DNA of 64,000 nt from an uncultured virus (IMG/VR IMGVR_UViG_3300048890_000135) (taxonomy: Duplodnaviria; Heunggongvirae; Uroviricota; Caudoviricetes), in IMG/VR virus record IMGVR_UViG_3300048890_000135; one strand, 5' to 3'. This document shows, one piece after another, positions 53,291 through 62,486 of the stretch (the first letter of the stretch is position 1; each line of letters begins with the position of its first letter). The notes under the pieces were generated by a model. That model was not told the DNA's origin and did not search any database. It saw nothing but the letters and a program-made list of their open reading frames with translations. A program made the translations under genes and the position numbers.

Positions 53291-53875
53291 ATGAGTGGCG
53301 CCCCAGCACGATCCGGGCGGATCAGCTGCATGAGCGGTGAGTCGCAGTGCGAGATCATCGCGATGAAGCTCAAGGAAGAGGAAAAAACCAACCCAGAACG
53401 CCGAAAGGTGCTTGAGCGCGTGATCGTCGCCACCGGTCCGCGCATACAGCGTTACCACTGGGGAAGCATCCAGGTCTTCCCAAGCCGGCGTCAGTCGGCG
53501 ATCTACCTCAAGAAGGACCGCTTCCGGGTCCGTGTCGAAGGCTGGGAGGGAGATCTCGTCAAGCCTGAAAAGGGCTGGGATTTCTGCGATCCCGACGACT
53601 GCAACGGCCAGATCGTGATCGCCACCTGGAGCAACCGGCATCCTTCCGAGACGGTCTGGGGCGCGCCGCCAGAAGAGTCGGGTCACGAGAACACCTATTG
53701 GGTCGAGTACGTGGGCCCGAGGACCGGACCCATCAACCGACGCTCAGGCCCCTTCGGATGTACGGTGGATCCAGCCGATCACGCCATGAGCGACGGCGGC
53801 TTCACCCAGCCCGGCTGGGATGGTGGCTACGCGATCCTCGACTCGAGCGACAACGTCGTCGAACTTAACGCGTAA
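53291..53875 (+). CDS. Hypothetical protein
   Basis: RBS GAGAGG; start uncertain. Confidence 0.6.
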   Translation: MSGAPARSGRISCMSGESQCEIIAMKLKEEEKTNPERRKVLERVIVATGPRIQRYHWGSIQVFPSRRQSAIYLKKDRFRVRVEGWEGDLVKPEKGWDFCDPDDCNGQIVIATWSNRHPSETVWGAPPEESGHENTYWVEYVGPRTGPINRRSGPFGCTVDPADHAMSDGGFTQPGWDGGYAILDSSDNVVELNA

Positions 53876-53924
53876 CCCTACCTTTTGAACTTGGCGGATG
53901 GTATCTTGATGGGGTAGAGGGAGA

Positions 53925-54296
53925 ATGCATATGACGAGACAGGGCTTCCTTCCCCAGGTTTCCGTGAGGCTTGGCCAGAACGGAGGGCCTTCCCCAGCAG
54001 CTTCCCCAGGCCCTTCGTCCTCCCCAGCGCCTTCCGGCGGGAACACGAGCGACACCGGTACCAATTTCGGCAGATTCCCGTTCTTCCCGACGTTCTTCTC
54101 CGGTCCGAGCTACCCCTTCTACTGGAATCAGCCGTACTTCTATCCGCCTGCCGAGCCTGCGCGGCCGCGCTACATCTGCAAGAAGACGGAAGAAGAGGAC
54201 GGCGAAGAGCGGTTCATCTGCGAGCCTGAGCAGCCGGCCGTTCCTCGCCAGCCGGTTCTCTACGTGAGGCCCTACAGCGGAAGCTTCTTCTTCTAA
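53925..54296 (+). CDS. Pro/Tyr-rich protein (LGQ-motif group)
   Basis: SVRLGQNGG; PYFYPP; CKK...FICE. Confidence 0.6.
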   Translation: MHMTRQGFLPQVSVRLGQNGGPSPAASPGPSSSPAPSGGNTSDTGTNFGRFPFFPTFFSGPSYPFYWNQPYFYPPAEPARPRYICKKTEEEDGEERFICEPEQPAVPRQPVLYVRPYSGSFFF

Positions 54297-54340
54297 GAGA
54301 AGGCCGTTTCCATCGTGGACGATCGGAGAGTGGCCGGATC

Positions 54341-54730
54341 ATGAACCAGAAGAAGCTCCTGACGACGATCCGGCGTCAGTGGGACATTCCCGGCCTTCTT
54401 TCCGATCTTCGTGCGGAGAAGTGGCGACGCACGGAAAAGAACCGCATCGACCGGATGCACTGGATCGGATCCTACCAGACCATTGAGCGTATGGCGCGCG
54501 AAGCCTTCCCGTCCAAGGAGTGGAATGAGGCTGCCGAGGAAGGCTTCGAAGGGGAGATCGTGGACGAGTACCTGGAAGCCCTCTCCGAAGCTCTGATCGA
54601 CGCCACCGGAAAAGAGCTCCGTCGTGAGCACGTCTACACCACGCTCGAGGATGGCGAAGCCTTCATCGGCCAGTACGAGGACATCTCCGCCGAGGAGCTC
54701 CAGGCCATGGGTTTCGAGATCGAGAGTTGA
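54341..54730 (+). CDS. Acidic hypothetical protein
   Basis: RBS GGAG. Confidence 0.6.
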   Translation: MNQKKLLTTIRRQWDIPGLLSDLRAEKWRRTEKNRIDRMHWIGSYQTIERMAREAFPSKEWNEAAEEGFEGEIVDEYLEALSEALIDATGKELRREHVYTTLEDGEAFIGQYEDISAEELQAMGFEIES

Positions 54731-54731
54731 G

Positions 54732-55400
54732 ATGCCCAAGCGTGACATCTACGACGTCAGGTTCGTGACCGGCGACGGTCCGGATGGGTATTTCGCGAAA
54801 CTCACGAACTCAGAATTCAACGAGCTCAAGGATCTCCTGGGGGAGTACGCAGCCGCCGGAGAGATCACCGAGCCGTCGATCAGCGTGATCGACGAGTCGA
54901 TGTCCCTTTCCCTCGAGCAACTCAAGAGCACCCTGGGCGATCGTTTCGGGATCCTCGAGAAAGGTCGCCCGGACGTGTCCCGCGTGGAGGAGCGCCTCGA
55001 TCCGAAGACCGAACAGATGGTTCGGGACCTTCTCTCCAATGCCTTCGAAGGTGGATCGAACTATTGGTACCGGATCGACGGGAAAAAGCTTCCGCCTGGC
55101 ACCAAGATGGCCGACTTCAAGGAAGGCGGCAGGATGCAGCCTCGCCGGGAAGATGGGTCCGAGCAGTACTACCACTGGTCGCAGCTGATCCCCACGATTT
55201 CAGGGGGTCAGCTTATCATTCGGGACACTGAGGGGGACGAAGCGCACGTTCTGGACCTTCCGGCCCTCAAGAGGGGCCTCATGCTGATGAAGCAGAAGTT
55301 TCCCGAGCACTACGCCAGGGTGCTCGACCAGAGAGACGACGCTGGGGACGCCGACGTCTTCCTTCAGCTGGCGCTGTTCGATGACGTGATTTTTGGATAG
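54732..55400 (+). CDS. Hypothetical phage protein
   Basis: AFEGGSNYW and DADVFLQLALFDDVIFG motifs. Confidence 0.65.
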   Translation: MPKRDIYDVRFVTGDGPDGYFAKLTNSEFNELKDLLGEYAAAGEITEPSISVIDESMSLSLEQLKSTLGDRFGILEKGRPDVSRVEERLDPKTEQMVRDLLSNAFEGGSNYWYRIDGKKLPPGTKMADFKEGGRMQPRREDGSEQYYHWSQLIPTISGGQLIIRDTEGDEAHVLDLPALKRGLMLMKQKFPEHYARVLDQRDDAGDADVFLQLALFDDVIFG

Positions 55401-55409
55401 TATTGTCTT

Positions 55410-55640
55410 ATGAGCTTCCCAGAATCCCAGGTCAAAGGCACGATCCTGGTTGGGAGCAGCGTTCCCGGGGCCGCGAGCATGACCCCTCTTCTGCCAGGCC
55501 CTGATGGAGCGGTGCTGACGGCGGATTCGACATCTCCAACAGGCCTCAAGTATGCGACCGCGCCGACCGCCGCCATAGATCCCCGGGACATCTTCCGCTT
55601 TAGCATGTTCCACAACGTCGGCGTGACTGGAGGCGGCTAG
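55410..55640 (+). CDS. Small protein made of the tail-fibre N-terminal module
   Basis: MSFPESQVKGTILVG...DGAVLTADSTSPTGLKY, paralogous to N-termini at 60150 and 62266. Confidence 0.7.
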   Translation: MSFPESQVKGTILVGSSVPGAASMTPLLPGPDGAVLTADSTSPTGLKYATAPTAAIDPRDIFRFSMFHNVGVTGGG

Positions 55641-55975
55641 TGGCTACGACTGTTGCCCTGGACATTGCGCCGGGACTTGTTCCCGATGTGGAAACGAACA
55701 TCATTGGCCCTGTTCCGGCCAATCATGAGTTCGATATCCCAGTGCTTCGCTTCGTGAACAATGATTCCCTGTCCTCGATCCAACTCACGATCTGGAACAA
55801 GACGAGCGTGGCAGCAGGGACGGATGCGGACGTTGAGACGAAACTGTCGATCCAGCCCCAATCGACCTACGAACATGGACCGATGGTGCTGCCGGCGGGC
55901 CGCGTCATCTCAGTCAAAGCGTCCACCCTTGGCGTCATCAGCGAGCGCCCCCATGGCTGGGATATCGGACCGTAG
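55640..55975 (+). CDS. Putative virion beta-rich protein
   Basis: TAGTG coupling; beta-strand-rich. Confidence 0.55.
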   Translation: MATTVALDIAPGLVPDVETNIIGPVPANHEFDIPVLRFVNNDSLSSIQLTIWNKTSVAAGTDADVETKLSIQPQSTYEHGPMVLPAGRVISVKASTLGVISERPHGWDIGP

Positions 55976-55984
55976 GAGGATCGA

Positions 55985-56287
55985 ATGGCCTTCAAGCTCT
56001 ACTCGGACTCAATCCTCGATAGACCCCTCGTCGCGTGCGACGTGTGCGGGCAGCCGATCATGGACGTGTGGAACGACAAGGCCACCGGAAGCCCGTCTCA
56101 CGATGGGCAGGTGTCGAACGTCATGGTCCACCATGCCGCGTGCGTTGCCACGGGTTCGGTCACGATTTCCCTGATCGACTTCCTTCGGCTTCTGTGCGTC
56201 CAGCAGCGCATCGGGGACCTCGGATCGGACGGGGGTATCGACAAGCTGACGGTCGAGTATCCGACCGGAAAGGGGTTCGCGGTATGA
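55985..56287 (+). CDS. Hypothetical protein
   Basis: RBS AGGAGG; CDVC and HAAC. Confidence 0.6.
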   Translation: MAFKLYSDSILDRPLVACDVCGQPIMDVWNDKATGSPSHDGQVSNVMVHHAACVATGSVTISLIDFLRLLCVQQRIGDLGSDGGIDKLTVEYPTGKGFAV

Positions 56288-56400
56288 GCACCGTGATCAT
56301 AAGCCCGATCGTCGTTGTGGATACATCGTCCACGAATCCGCAGATCGTCGAGCCGCCGCCGCCGACGGTCGGCGTGAGCCATACGGTGAGCGTGGTGTAG
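56284..56400 (+). CDS. 38-aa peptide sharing PTVGV...SVV motif with next gene
   Basis: ATGA coupling; PTVGVSHTVSVV versus PTVGVATSTSVV. Confidence 0.5.
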   Translation: MSTVIISPIVVVDTSSTNPQIVEPPPPTVGVSHTVSVV

Positions 56401-56401
56401 C

Positions 56402-56746
56402 ATGAGCAAATTTCTCCCCGATCCGCAGATTCAATCCCTGAGAGCGATGAGGGCGGGAGACATCGCCTTTGCTCAGGGCGGCACCATGACGGTCGGGGTC
56501 CAGAAGATCGCGTTCGCTCAGCCTCTCATTCAACTGGCGCGCAGCCTGATCGCGGTGCCGGATCTTGGTTCAGTCTCCTCTCCGGCGGCAGAAACGCCCA
56601 CGATTGGAGTGGCGTTTGCGGAGACGCTCTCCGTAAACGCGCTACAGTCCATTCCCCTGCTGACCTCGAACTCTCTCGTAACTCCCGACGTTCCCGCTGG
56701 CGAAGCGCCCACGGTGGGCGTTGCTACATCTACGTCCGTCGTGTAG
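56402..56746 (+). CDS. Putative virion protein
   Basis: Internal PT(I/V)GVA repeats. Confidence 0.55.
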   Translation: MSKFLPDPQIQSLRAMRAGDIAFAQGGTMTVGVQKIAFAQPLIQLARSLIAVPDLGSVSSPAAETPTIGVAFAETLSVNALQSIPLLTSNSLVTPDVPAGEAPTVGVATSTSVV

Positions 56747-56760
56747 AAGGAGAAATTTTT

Positions 56761-57573
56761 ATGGCGTCCTCGCTCATCACTGAGCCCAGAGAGGCGATTG
56801 TTCCGCTCTCTCAGAGACAGTTGAAGACCCTCTTTCGCGTCGGGAAGGCAAAACCCGACACGACCTTCCTCCGTCAGTTCCCAGGGAAGCGGAGGTTCGA
56901 GCGCGTCAATGAGGAGGACTTCAACGCGGTCCTGCCGGTCAAGGACATCGCAGGCTTCGGCCACATCGGACGACTGACGGGCGAAGTCCGCGTCTACACG
57001 CCAAAAAAGGATTTCCAGATCGCCAGGAAGTGGGAGTCCCGGTCCTACATCCGCAACTTCGCCCGCATCCTTCGGAACCTGTTCGGTCAGAACGTGCAAC
57101 TGGTGGATTCAGGCGGCGGCAGCGTCACCGTCATGCTCAACAACGGGACGGGCGTCGGCGGTCTCGGGTTGACGCCGGAAGTCAGTCTTTCTCCCGGCTC
57201 ATTCGGCGCGACTGCCAACCCCGAATTGTCGGGCGCGGGCTTCCAGATCGGCAACGGCGTTCCCCTGGAGAGCCATACGCGGAACGCGCTGGTTGCTCCG
57301 GTCGGTCCAATCATCAGCTCGAGGAACAACGTCCGTACCAGCGTCCAGAACACCTCGACGACGACGCTGGAAATCACGACGGGCATCACGAACTCTCAGG
57401 CCGTGACGGTCAACGTTACGGAGATCGGCCTCTGGCTGTTCTTCATCTCGAACGCCACCAACAGGTCGGTCGTCCCGGACATCACTCTGATCGCCTACGA
57501 CGGCATCACCAGCACGCCCGTCGCCACGGGCGGCGTCATCGCGCCCCGGTATACGCTGGATTTCCCGGTCTAA
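56761..57573 (+). CDS. Putative tail/baseplate-associated protein (paralog 1)
   Basis: Thr/Val-rich; SRSYIRNF and VTEIGL shared with next gene. Confidence 0.6.
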   Translation: MASSLITEPREAIVPLSQRQLKTLFRVGKAKPDTTFLRQFPGKRRFERVNEEDFNAVLPVKDIAGFGHIGRLTGEVRVYTPKKDFQIARKWESRSYIRNFARILRNLFGQNVQLVDSGGGSVTVMLNNGTGVGGLGLTPEVSLSPGSFGATANPELSGAGFQIGNGVPLESHTRNALVAPVGPIISSRNNVRTSVQNTSTTTLEITTGITNSQAVTVNVTEIGLWLFFISNATNRSVVPDITLIAYDGITSTPVATGGVIAPRYTLDFPV

Positions 57574-57596
57574 CTGATAGAAGGAAGGAACGCCAG

Positions 57597-58466
57597 ATGG
57601 ACAAGAACCTGAGACCCAAGGCGGTAAAGAGCATCATCCTTCCTGGGGACATTCCAGCTCCGGGAAAGGTGGCACGTACCCTGGTCTCGAACACCCACGA
57701 TGTCGGCTCGGTCGCGACGAAGTCCGTGGTCCTCAAGCCCTCGAGGTCGCTGCTCCTGCCGGAAGAAATCCCGGTAGCCCAGGCGCTCAAGAGTGGACTG
57801 GCCCATCCTCCCCGCCGCGTGAAAGGGCTGCGCCTTCCAGCGGTGCCTGCCGGTATGGGCATCTTCGCAAAGTGGGCGGTCAAGATCCTGAACGAACACG
57901 GAGAGGAAGTACCCTTCCGTCACCCGGTGACGAGGAAGTGGGTGAAGAAGATCGAAGGTCCGTCCCACTCCTTCACGCGGAATTTCGGCTTCTGGATGAG
58001 GGGCATCTTCCAGAACCTCGACAGCGCGATCAACCTGAACGAGACGCTGACGGACGATGCGGGGGCGACGTTCCTGACCCGCACCAAGAGCAACGTCGGC
58101 AACGCGGGCGTCATCGCAATCATCAGCGGTCTCGCCAAGATCAAGTTCGGGAACTCCTCGGCGGCGCTTTCGACCACGCAGTTCAACCTTCAGGGCGTAC
58201 TTCTGGGGCCCACCACGGAGGCGGCGGTCGTCGTGGCGCTCGTCGTCGAGGACTCGACGAACACGATTTTCACCGTGACCGGCCAGATCCTCAACGGGAC
58301 CGGAGGATCGTTCACGGTGGAGGAGATGGGACTCTTCCCGGAGATGGGGGACAGCACGGGCGCAGCCAACCGCACGACCATGATGCTCCGAGACCTGACC
58401 GGCCCGGTGATCGTCGGCAACGGGCAGACCATCATCGGCCAGTACACGTTCACGATCGCGGTGTAG
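57597..58466 (+). CDS. Putative tail/baseplate-associated protein (paralog 2)
   Basis: SHSFTRNF and VEEMGL; RBS AAGGA. Confidence 0.6.
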   Translation: MDKNLRPKAVKSIILPGDIPAPGKVARTLVSNTHDVGSVATKSVVLKPSRSLLLPEEIPVAQALKSGLAHPPRRVKGLRLPAVPAGMGIFAKWAVKILNEHGEEVPFRHPVTRKWVKKIEGPSHSFTRNFGFWMRGIFQNLDSAINLNETLTDDAGATFLTRTKSNVGNAGVIAIISGLAKIKFGNSSAALSTTQFNLQGVLLGPTTEAAVVVALVVEDSTNTIFTVTGQILNGTGGSFTVEEMGLFPEMGDSTGAANRTTMMLRDLTGPVIVGNGQTIIGQYTFTIAV

Positions 58467-58502
58467 CGGCTTAGGCGAGAAATTTCAGATAGGGTTTGAA
58501 AT

Positions 58503-60140
58503 ATGGCTGAACTGCTGAAAAACGGCTCCGTCAAGATGCGTAACGGACGCATCTTGTGGGGTCGTGACACTCTCCAGATCATCGACCTCTGCGAGCTCAC
58601 CGACCTTCTTTGTCCACGTCCAGCGCCGGTCGCCGGCGGGTTTCAGGGGTTTGGAGGCGGTGGCGGTCGCGGAGAACGTGGCTTTCAAGGTCCAGCCGGA
58701 ACTGGAGGAGGCGGAACCGGTTCCCAGGGATCCCAGGGTTTTCAAGGTTTTCAGGGATCCGGAAGCGGATCCCCAGGGCCTCAGGGAAACCAGGGTCCTC
58801 AAGGTTTCCAAGGCGTCCAAGGTCCCCAGGGGTTCCAGGGCCTTCAAGGAAGCGGCGTACAGGGACCTCAAGGAAATCAGGGAAACCAGGGAAATCAGGG
58901 CTTCCAGGGGGCGCTCAACCCTGACATCTTCGCCGCCACCCGCGTCGTCAGCCTGATCGCAGGAGACGGGACCGATCTGACGATCGCCGCGGCGATCGCA
59001 GCCCTCCCTGCTGAGGGAGGCTACATCTATATCAAACAAGGAATCTACCCGCTCGCCGCATCGCTGGTTCCCACGAACAAGCCGATCGTGTTCCTGGGGA
59101 GCGGAGACGGAACGATTCTCAGCCTGGGCGCGAATGTAATCTCCGCGTTCACGATCAACTTCAACCAGAGGTATACCTTTGGAAGAATGCGGATCTTGGG
59201 CGGCGGCGTTGCCGGGCAGGTCGCTTTCGAATTTAACATTGGCGGGTCGTCGACTGAATCGGTCACGATGTCGGACGTCACGGTCGACAACATGGAGAAG
59301 CCGTTCCTGGTCGCCGGGACCGACTTCCCGCTCGTCCACACGACGGACTGCTTCTTCCGTGTGGCGAACCTTGCGACCTCGCGCCACTGGGATGGTCCGG
59401 GCGAGTGGCGCGCCAGCAACACGATCGCGTCGTTCACCGGAGTCGTTCCTCGTGGCGGATTCGCAAACAACCCGGATCTGGCGTGGGTCAATTCCGAGGT
59501 GTGGATTCCGGGCGCGGGTGACGTCAACTACGTCCAGATGGATCGTTGTCGGATCCTGAACGGAACCCTGTCCGTGGGCGCTCAGGGAAGCATCATCGGA
59601 GATTCCGTCTTCGATACGAACGCGGTGATCACCCGGTTCATCGACATCCTGGCCGCTGCGAATGCAGTTGTCCTTGAGGGGTGCTCCTTCGGATCCACGA
59701 CCTCTCAGAGAGTCCGGATTGCCAGCCAGAACTGCATCGTCGACGGGAACAGCGGCCTTGACGTCGAGGAGATCGGAACGGCGGACTTCAACAGGTACGA
59801 TGGGAACGATCCGTTCTTCCAGAACTCCGTGATCATCGGTGACAACAGCCTCGTCAACAACGAAGGAACCGCGACGGTCGCTGTCAACACGCTTCTCACC
59901 GGCTATTCCCGCACGATCGAGGTGGACGCAAGCGGCGGCGCGCGCACGATCACGCTGCCGCCGGCTGCCGGGGTCAACAAGATCGTCTACACGATCAAGA
60001 AGATCGACGCGAGCGCGAACAACGTGACGATCGACCCGGATGCCGCCGAACTCATCGACGGCGTTGCGACCCAGCTTCTGACCACCCAGTGGCAGGCCCT
60101 GCGAATCCAGTCCAATGGAACAGGGTGGATCATTATTTAG
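58503..60140 (+). CDS. Collagen-like tail fibre with beta-helix-type domain
   Basis: (G-x-Q)n repeats; AAIAALPAEGGYIYIKQGIY; C-terminal TITLP..TIKKID..TIDP. Confidence 0.75.
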   Translation: MAELLKNGSVKMRNGRILWGRDTLQIIDLCELTDLLCPRPAPVAGGFQGFGGGGGRGERGFQGPAGTGGGGTGSQGSQGFQGFQGSGSGSPGPQGNQGPQGFQGVQGPQGFQGLQGSGVQGPQGNQGNQGNQGFQGALNPDIFAATRVVSLIAGDGTDLTIAAAIAALPAEGGYIYIKQGIYPLAASLVPTNKPIVFLGSGDGTILSLGANVISAFTINFNQRYTFGRMRILGGGVAGQVAFEFNIGGSSTESVTMSDVTVDNMEKPFLVAGTDFPLVHTTDCFFRVANLATSRHWDGPGEWRASNTIASFTGVVPRGGFANNPDLAWVNSEVWIPGAGDVNYVQMDRCRILNGTLSVGAQGSIIGDSVFDTNAVITRFIDILAAANAVVLEGCSFGSTTSQRVRIASQNCIVDGNSGLDVEEIGTADFNRYDGNDPFFQNSVIIGDNSLVNNEGTATVAVNTLLTGYSRTIEVDASGGARTITLPPAAGVNKIVYTIKKIDASANNVTIDPDAAELIDGVATQLLTTQWQALRIQSNGTGWIII

Positions 60141-60370
60141 CGGTGCATCATGAGCTTCCCGGAAACCCAGATTAAAGGATCAATCCTGGTCGGAAGCAGC
60201 GTGGCGGGTGCCGCCAGCATGACGCCGCTTCCAGTAGGCCCCGACGGCCAGGTCTTGACCGCGGATTCGACCCAGCCCACAGGATTGAAGTGGGCTCCAG
60301 CGGGTGCGGGATCGGATATCTACGCGGCCACCAGAGTTGTCAGCTTGATTGCCGGAGATGGGACCGACCT
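60140..60370 (+). repeat. 231-bp direct repeat, copy 1
   Basis: Matches 62256-62486 with one synonymous mismatch seen. Confidence 0.9.
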
Positions 60371-61982
60371 TACCATCGCTGCGGCGATCCTCGCATTGCC
60401 TGCCGAAGGTGGTTTGATCTATGTCAAGCAAGGTACATACCCCTTGGCCGCTAGCATTGCTCTACCTGCAGGGAAGCCTGTCACAATAAGGGGTTCTGGA
60501 AGCGGTACGATCATCAGCTTGGGCGCGAATGCCATCCCAGCCTTCACCATCCCAACGGGCTACACCGCCAACACGCCTATCGTCTTGGACAACTTCCTTG
60601 TCACCGGCACCGAAGTGGCCGGCCAGACCGTCGTCCAGTACGGGGACAACAATGGCCTGGCCGAAGTCTACATGGAGAACATCGTCACGACGGGTGTGGA
60701 GCTGACCATCGACTCCGCAAGCACCTCTTCGGCATCATCCGCCCCTGGACAGGACGATCCGCGTTTCCATCTCCTCCGGTGCCGTATCCGTCCCTGCTCG
60801 ACCAACAACAGCGTCATCCTACACAACTCGAGCTTCGGTCTTCCTCGCGCTTGGCTCACCGAGGTCGAGTTCATCGGGGACTCGCTGTTCGCCATCCCCG
60901 CGCTCCGGACGGCCCCGCTCTTCGGAAGACTTGCTGACGACACTTGGTTCGGCGACTGCTATCTCGACACTTGCGAGATGTCCATCGGGACGGGCGAAAG
61001 CGACTTCGCTACGTTCGAGTGCTTCAACAGCACCCTCTGGAACAACGACGACGTCAACTTGACGGTCACTTACTTCCTCTTCGGCAGTTTCGAGGGCCTC
61101 AACCCGGGTACCGTTCGGGACTCGTCGTGCCGTGGCATCTACTTCGAGGCCGAAGAGGCTGGATCGAACTTCTTCTCGAACTGGCTTCAGGACTGCCCCA
61201 TCGGGATCTTCGGCGCTGGTGTCGTGGTCGGCGACAACCAGCTCATCGAAGTGCGGAATCCCTGGCCTGTCGCTCATCCCTTCGGTATTCAAATTCAGAA
61301 TGAGCAGGCGGTGATCCGCAACAACCGGTTCCGGTTCCGGCAGACGACTCCCCCGCAGATCATTGATGTTGAGGTATCTACCAGAATTCTCGGAAACGAT
61401 TTCTCCGAGTGCTTCCCCCCTGTGAACGGGACGATCCTGCTCAATAGCGGCGAGAACATCATCACCGACAACTATTTCACGTTCGCGCCGACCACAGGAC
61501 CGAACGTCAACGAGACGGGCGGCGGTGGCGCGAGCTATTACGACAACAACAACCGTCTGTTCACGAACAAGACCGGCGGCGGCCCCATCGTGGATCCGAT
61601 CCTCCCTCGTGGAAACGGATCGACCATTCAGGGGACGACCGGCGTTGCCGGGAGCGCCTCCGTCGGCGGGACGGCGACAAACAGCCTCATCGTCTGGTAT
61701 CGGAATCCATACGGTCTGGCGATGGTGAAGGGTTACATCCAGAACAACGGTGTGAACAACATCACGGTCCAGGAGACCTTCCGCCTCGATACCCTGGGCA
61801 CTTTCACGAAGTCCACGGTGGTAGTCCCTGGCGCTAAGCTGACGCTCGACCCGTATGACTTCGCGGGAACAGCTATCCCGGCGGGATCCTTCCAGGTGTA
61901 CGACTACCGAGTGGACGTTTCGGGTACCACGATTGCTTGGTATACATTCTTCCCGATGCCCGGCGGCGTGCTCGGAACCTAA
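60150..61982 (+). CDS. Tailspike / receptor-binding protein with parallel beta-helix
   Basis: Shared N-terminal module; ALPAEGGLIYVKQGTY; Asn-ladder repeats (GDNQL, RNNRF, GNDF, DNYF). Confidence 0.75.
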   Translation: MSFPETQIKGSILVGSSVAGAASMTPLPVGPDGQVLTADSTQPTGLKWAPAGAGSDIYAATRVVSLIAGDGTDLTIAAAILALPAEGGLIYVKQGTYPLAASIALPAGKPVTIRGSGSGTIISLGANAIPAFTIPTGYTANTPIVLDNFLVTGTEVAGQTVVQYGDNNGLAEVYMENIVTTGVELTIDSASTSSASSAPGQDDPRFHLLRCRIRPCSTNNSVILHNSSFGLPRAWLTEVEFIGDSLFAIPALRTAPLFGRLADDTWFGDCYLDTCEMSIGTGESDFATFECFNSTLWNNDDVNLTVTYFLFGSFEGLNPGTVRDSSCRGIYFEAEEAGSNFFSNWLQDCPIGIFGAGVVVGDNQLIEVRNPWPVAHPFGIQIQNEQAVIRNNRFRFRQTTPPQIIDVEVSTRILGNDFSECFPPVNGTILLNSGENIITDNYFTFAPTTGPNVNETGGGGASYYDNNNRLFTNKTGGGPIVDPILPRGNGSTIQGTTGVAGSASVGGTATNSLIVWYRNPYGLAMVKGYIQNNGVNNITVQETFRLDTLGTFTKSTVVVPGAKLTLDPYDFAGTAIPAGSFQVYDYRVDVSGTTIAWYTFFPMPGGVLGT

Positions 61983-61992
61983 GAGGGGAGCC

Positions 61993-62214
61993 ATGCTAGT
62001 TTCTTACTGTGTCGAGTGTCTTCCACAGAAGGTGGTCCTTGGATATAACGATCGGATCTGTGAGCTCCGGACTCCTCACAGAGCTCATCCGCAGACGAAG
62101 AAGCTCGGCTACTTTCCGATCTCCTACAAGGGATGGAGGCAGGTCTTCGTCGAGGGCGACGATGCTCAGACCAAGGAAAACATCATCGCTCAGTTCGGAA
62201 ATGAATTTGTTTAA
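61993..62214 (+). CDS. Small hypothetical protein
   Basis: RBS GAGGGG. Confidence 0.5.
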   Translation: MLVSYCVECLPQKVVLGYNDRICELRTPHRAHPQTKKLGYFPISYKGWRQVFVEGDDAQTKENIIAQFGNEFV

Positions 62215-62255
62215 ACTATGCCCAGTAGAGCTCGTCGGTAGAGCTCCTCAAGACG

Positions 62256-62486
62256 GCGGTGCATCATGAGCTTCCCGGAAACCCAGATTAAAGGATCAAT
62301 CCTGGTCGGAAGCAGCGTGGCGGGCGCCGCCAGCATGACGCCGCTTCCAGTAGGCCCCGACGGCCAGGTCTTGACCGCGGATTCGACCCAGCCCACAGGA
62401 TTGAAGTGGGCTCCAGCGGGTGCGGGATCGGATATCTACGCGGCCACCAGAGTTGTCAGCTTGATTGCCGGAGATGGGACCGACCT
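62256..62486 (+). repeat. 231-bp direct repeat, copy 2
   Basis: Matches 60140-60370. Confidence 0.9.

Noticed and set aside
58640..58910. Tandem DNA repeat as a regulatory or mobile element
   Set aside because: Explained by Gly-X-Gln collagen-like coding repeats in the tail fibre.
60140..62486. Diversity-generating retroelement TR/VR pair
   Set aside because: Repeats are at gene 5' ends, differ by one T/C change rather than at adenines, and no reverse transcriptase is present.
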